A stretch of 52,350 nucleotides of DNA, counting the filler, from Bipalium vagum (Eukaryota), in assembly GCA_037834085.1 (NCBI GenBank). It is 3 parts of 3 records of this genome, joined end to end, with 100 filler letters (N's around TTAATTAATTAA, not from the genome) between each part and the next. Parts side by side here need not be neighbours in the genome. Positions count along the whole stretch, not along the records: positions 34,102 to 52,350 come from JBBMKC010034717.1; 2 more parts are not named here. The stretch is one strand, 5' to 3'. The translations under genes were made by a program, and so were the position numbers. This document shows, in pieces, positions 51,873 through 52,350 of this stretch. The notes under the pieces were generated by a model. It searched no databases and had not been told where the DNA came from. It was given only the letters and a program-made list of their open reading frames with translations. The first letter of the stretch is position 1; each line of letters begins with the position of its first letter.

Positions 51873-52350
51873 GTTAGTTAACTTGTGAACTTTTCTTCAA
51901 CAATTTAAATATTATTAATAATATGGCCATTGGTGATAATTAATGATATTTAGGAATTTCGAATTGTTATTTATATTTATTTTACAACGTGTATTATTAT
52001 TTTATTCAAAAATTAATTGTTATTATTGTTGTTAATTACTTATTATTTAATTAATGATTTTGAATATAAAAAATTTAACAAGAAAATTTTATTTCTTTTA
52101 AAAATAATTATATATTTTATAATAAAACTTTATTATAATTTTTCTTGCTGAATTATCCACTGCCTTTTATTACAAGTTCAGATTTGAAACTGGGTTAAGA
52201 GAATTTTTTCGGATTGCTGTAATTGTAAAATTAAGACAAAGTTTTGATAGGAAATTTTATTAAACGACCAAGCTCATTTGATCATTTTGGTGACTTTCAA
52301 AAGATGTCAGGTCAATTTATAAAGGGCGATATACAAACAATTCGAATATA

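Noticed and set aside
1-52350. CRISPR arrays, operons, tRNA or rRNA genes
   Set aside because: None seen; the sequence is intron-containing eukaryotic DNA, and the only tRNA-related sequence is the retroelement PBS.

Overview
Very AT-rich eukaryotic (metazoan) scaffold segment. The (AAT)n microsatellites, 40-70 nt mini-introns mixed with multi-kb introns, and many decayed transposons suggest a triclad flatworm, but that is an inference. There are three assembly gaps, two containing an artificial TTAATTAATTAA linker. Three host genes could be reconstructed by hand from splice sites. (1) A multi-exon KIAA0825 (DUF4495) homolog on +, from about 840 to at least 16733 and possibly to about 31999. 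(2) A complete 9-exon, ~1142 aa gene on - (27905-22527) whose C-terminus resembles the DomII + PIN-like region of TASOR/FAM208A, the scaffold of the HUSH transposon-silencing complex. It may be nested antisense in a KIAA0825 intron. (3) The 3' half of a beta-arrestin gene on + (38420 to beyond 51872). Introns and intergenic DNA hold relics of Tc1/mariner, pogo, hAT and gag-type LTR elements. All homologies come from my recall of family sequences, not from database searches.
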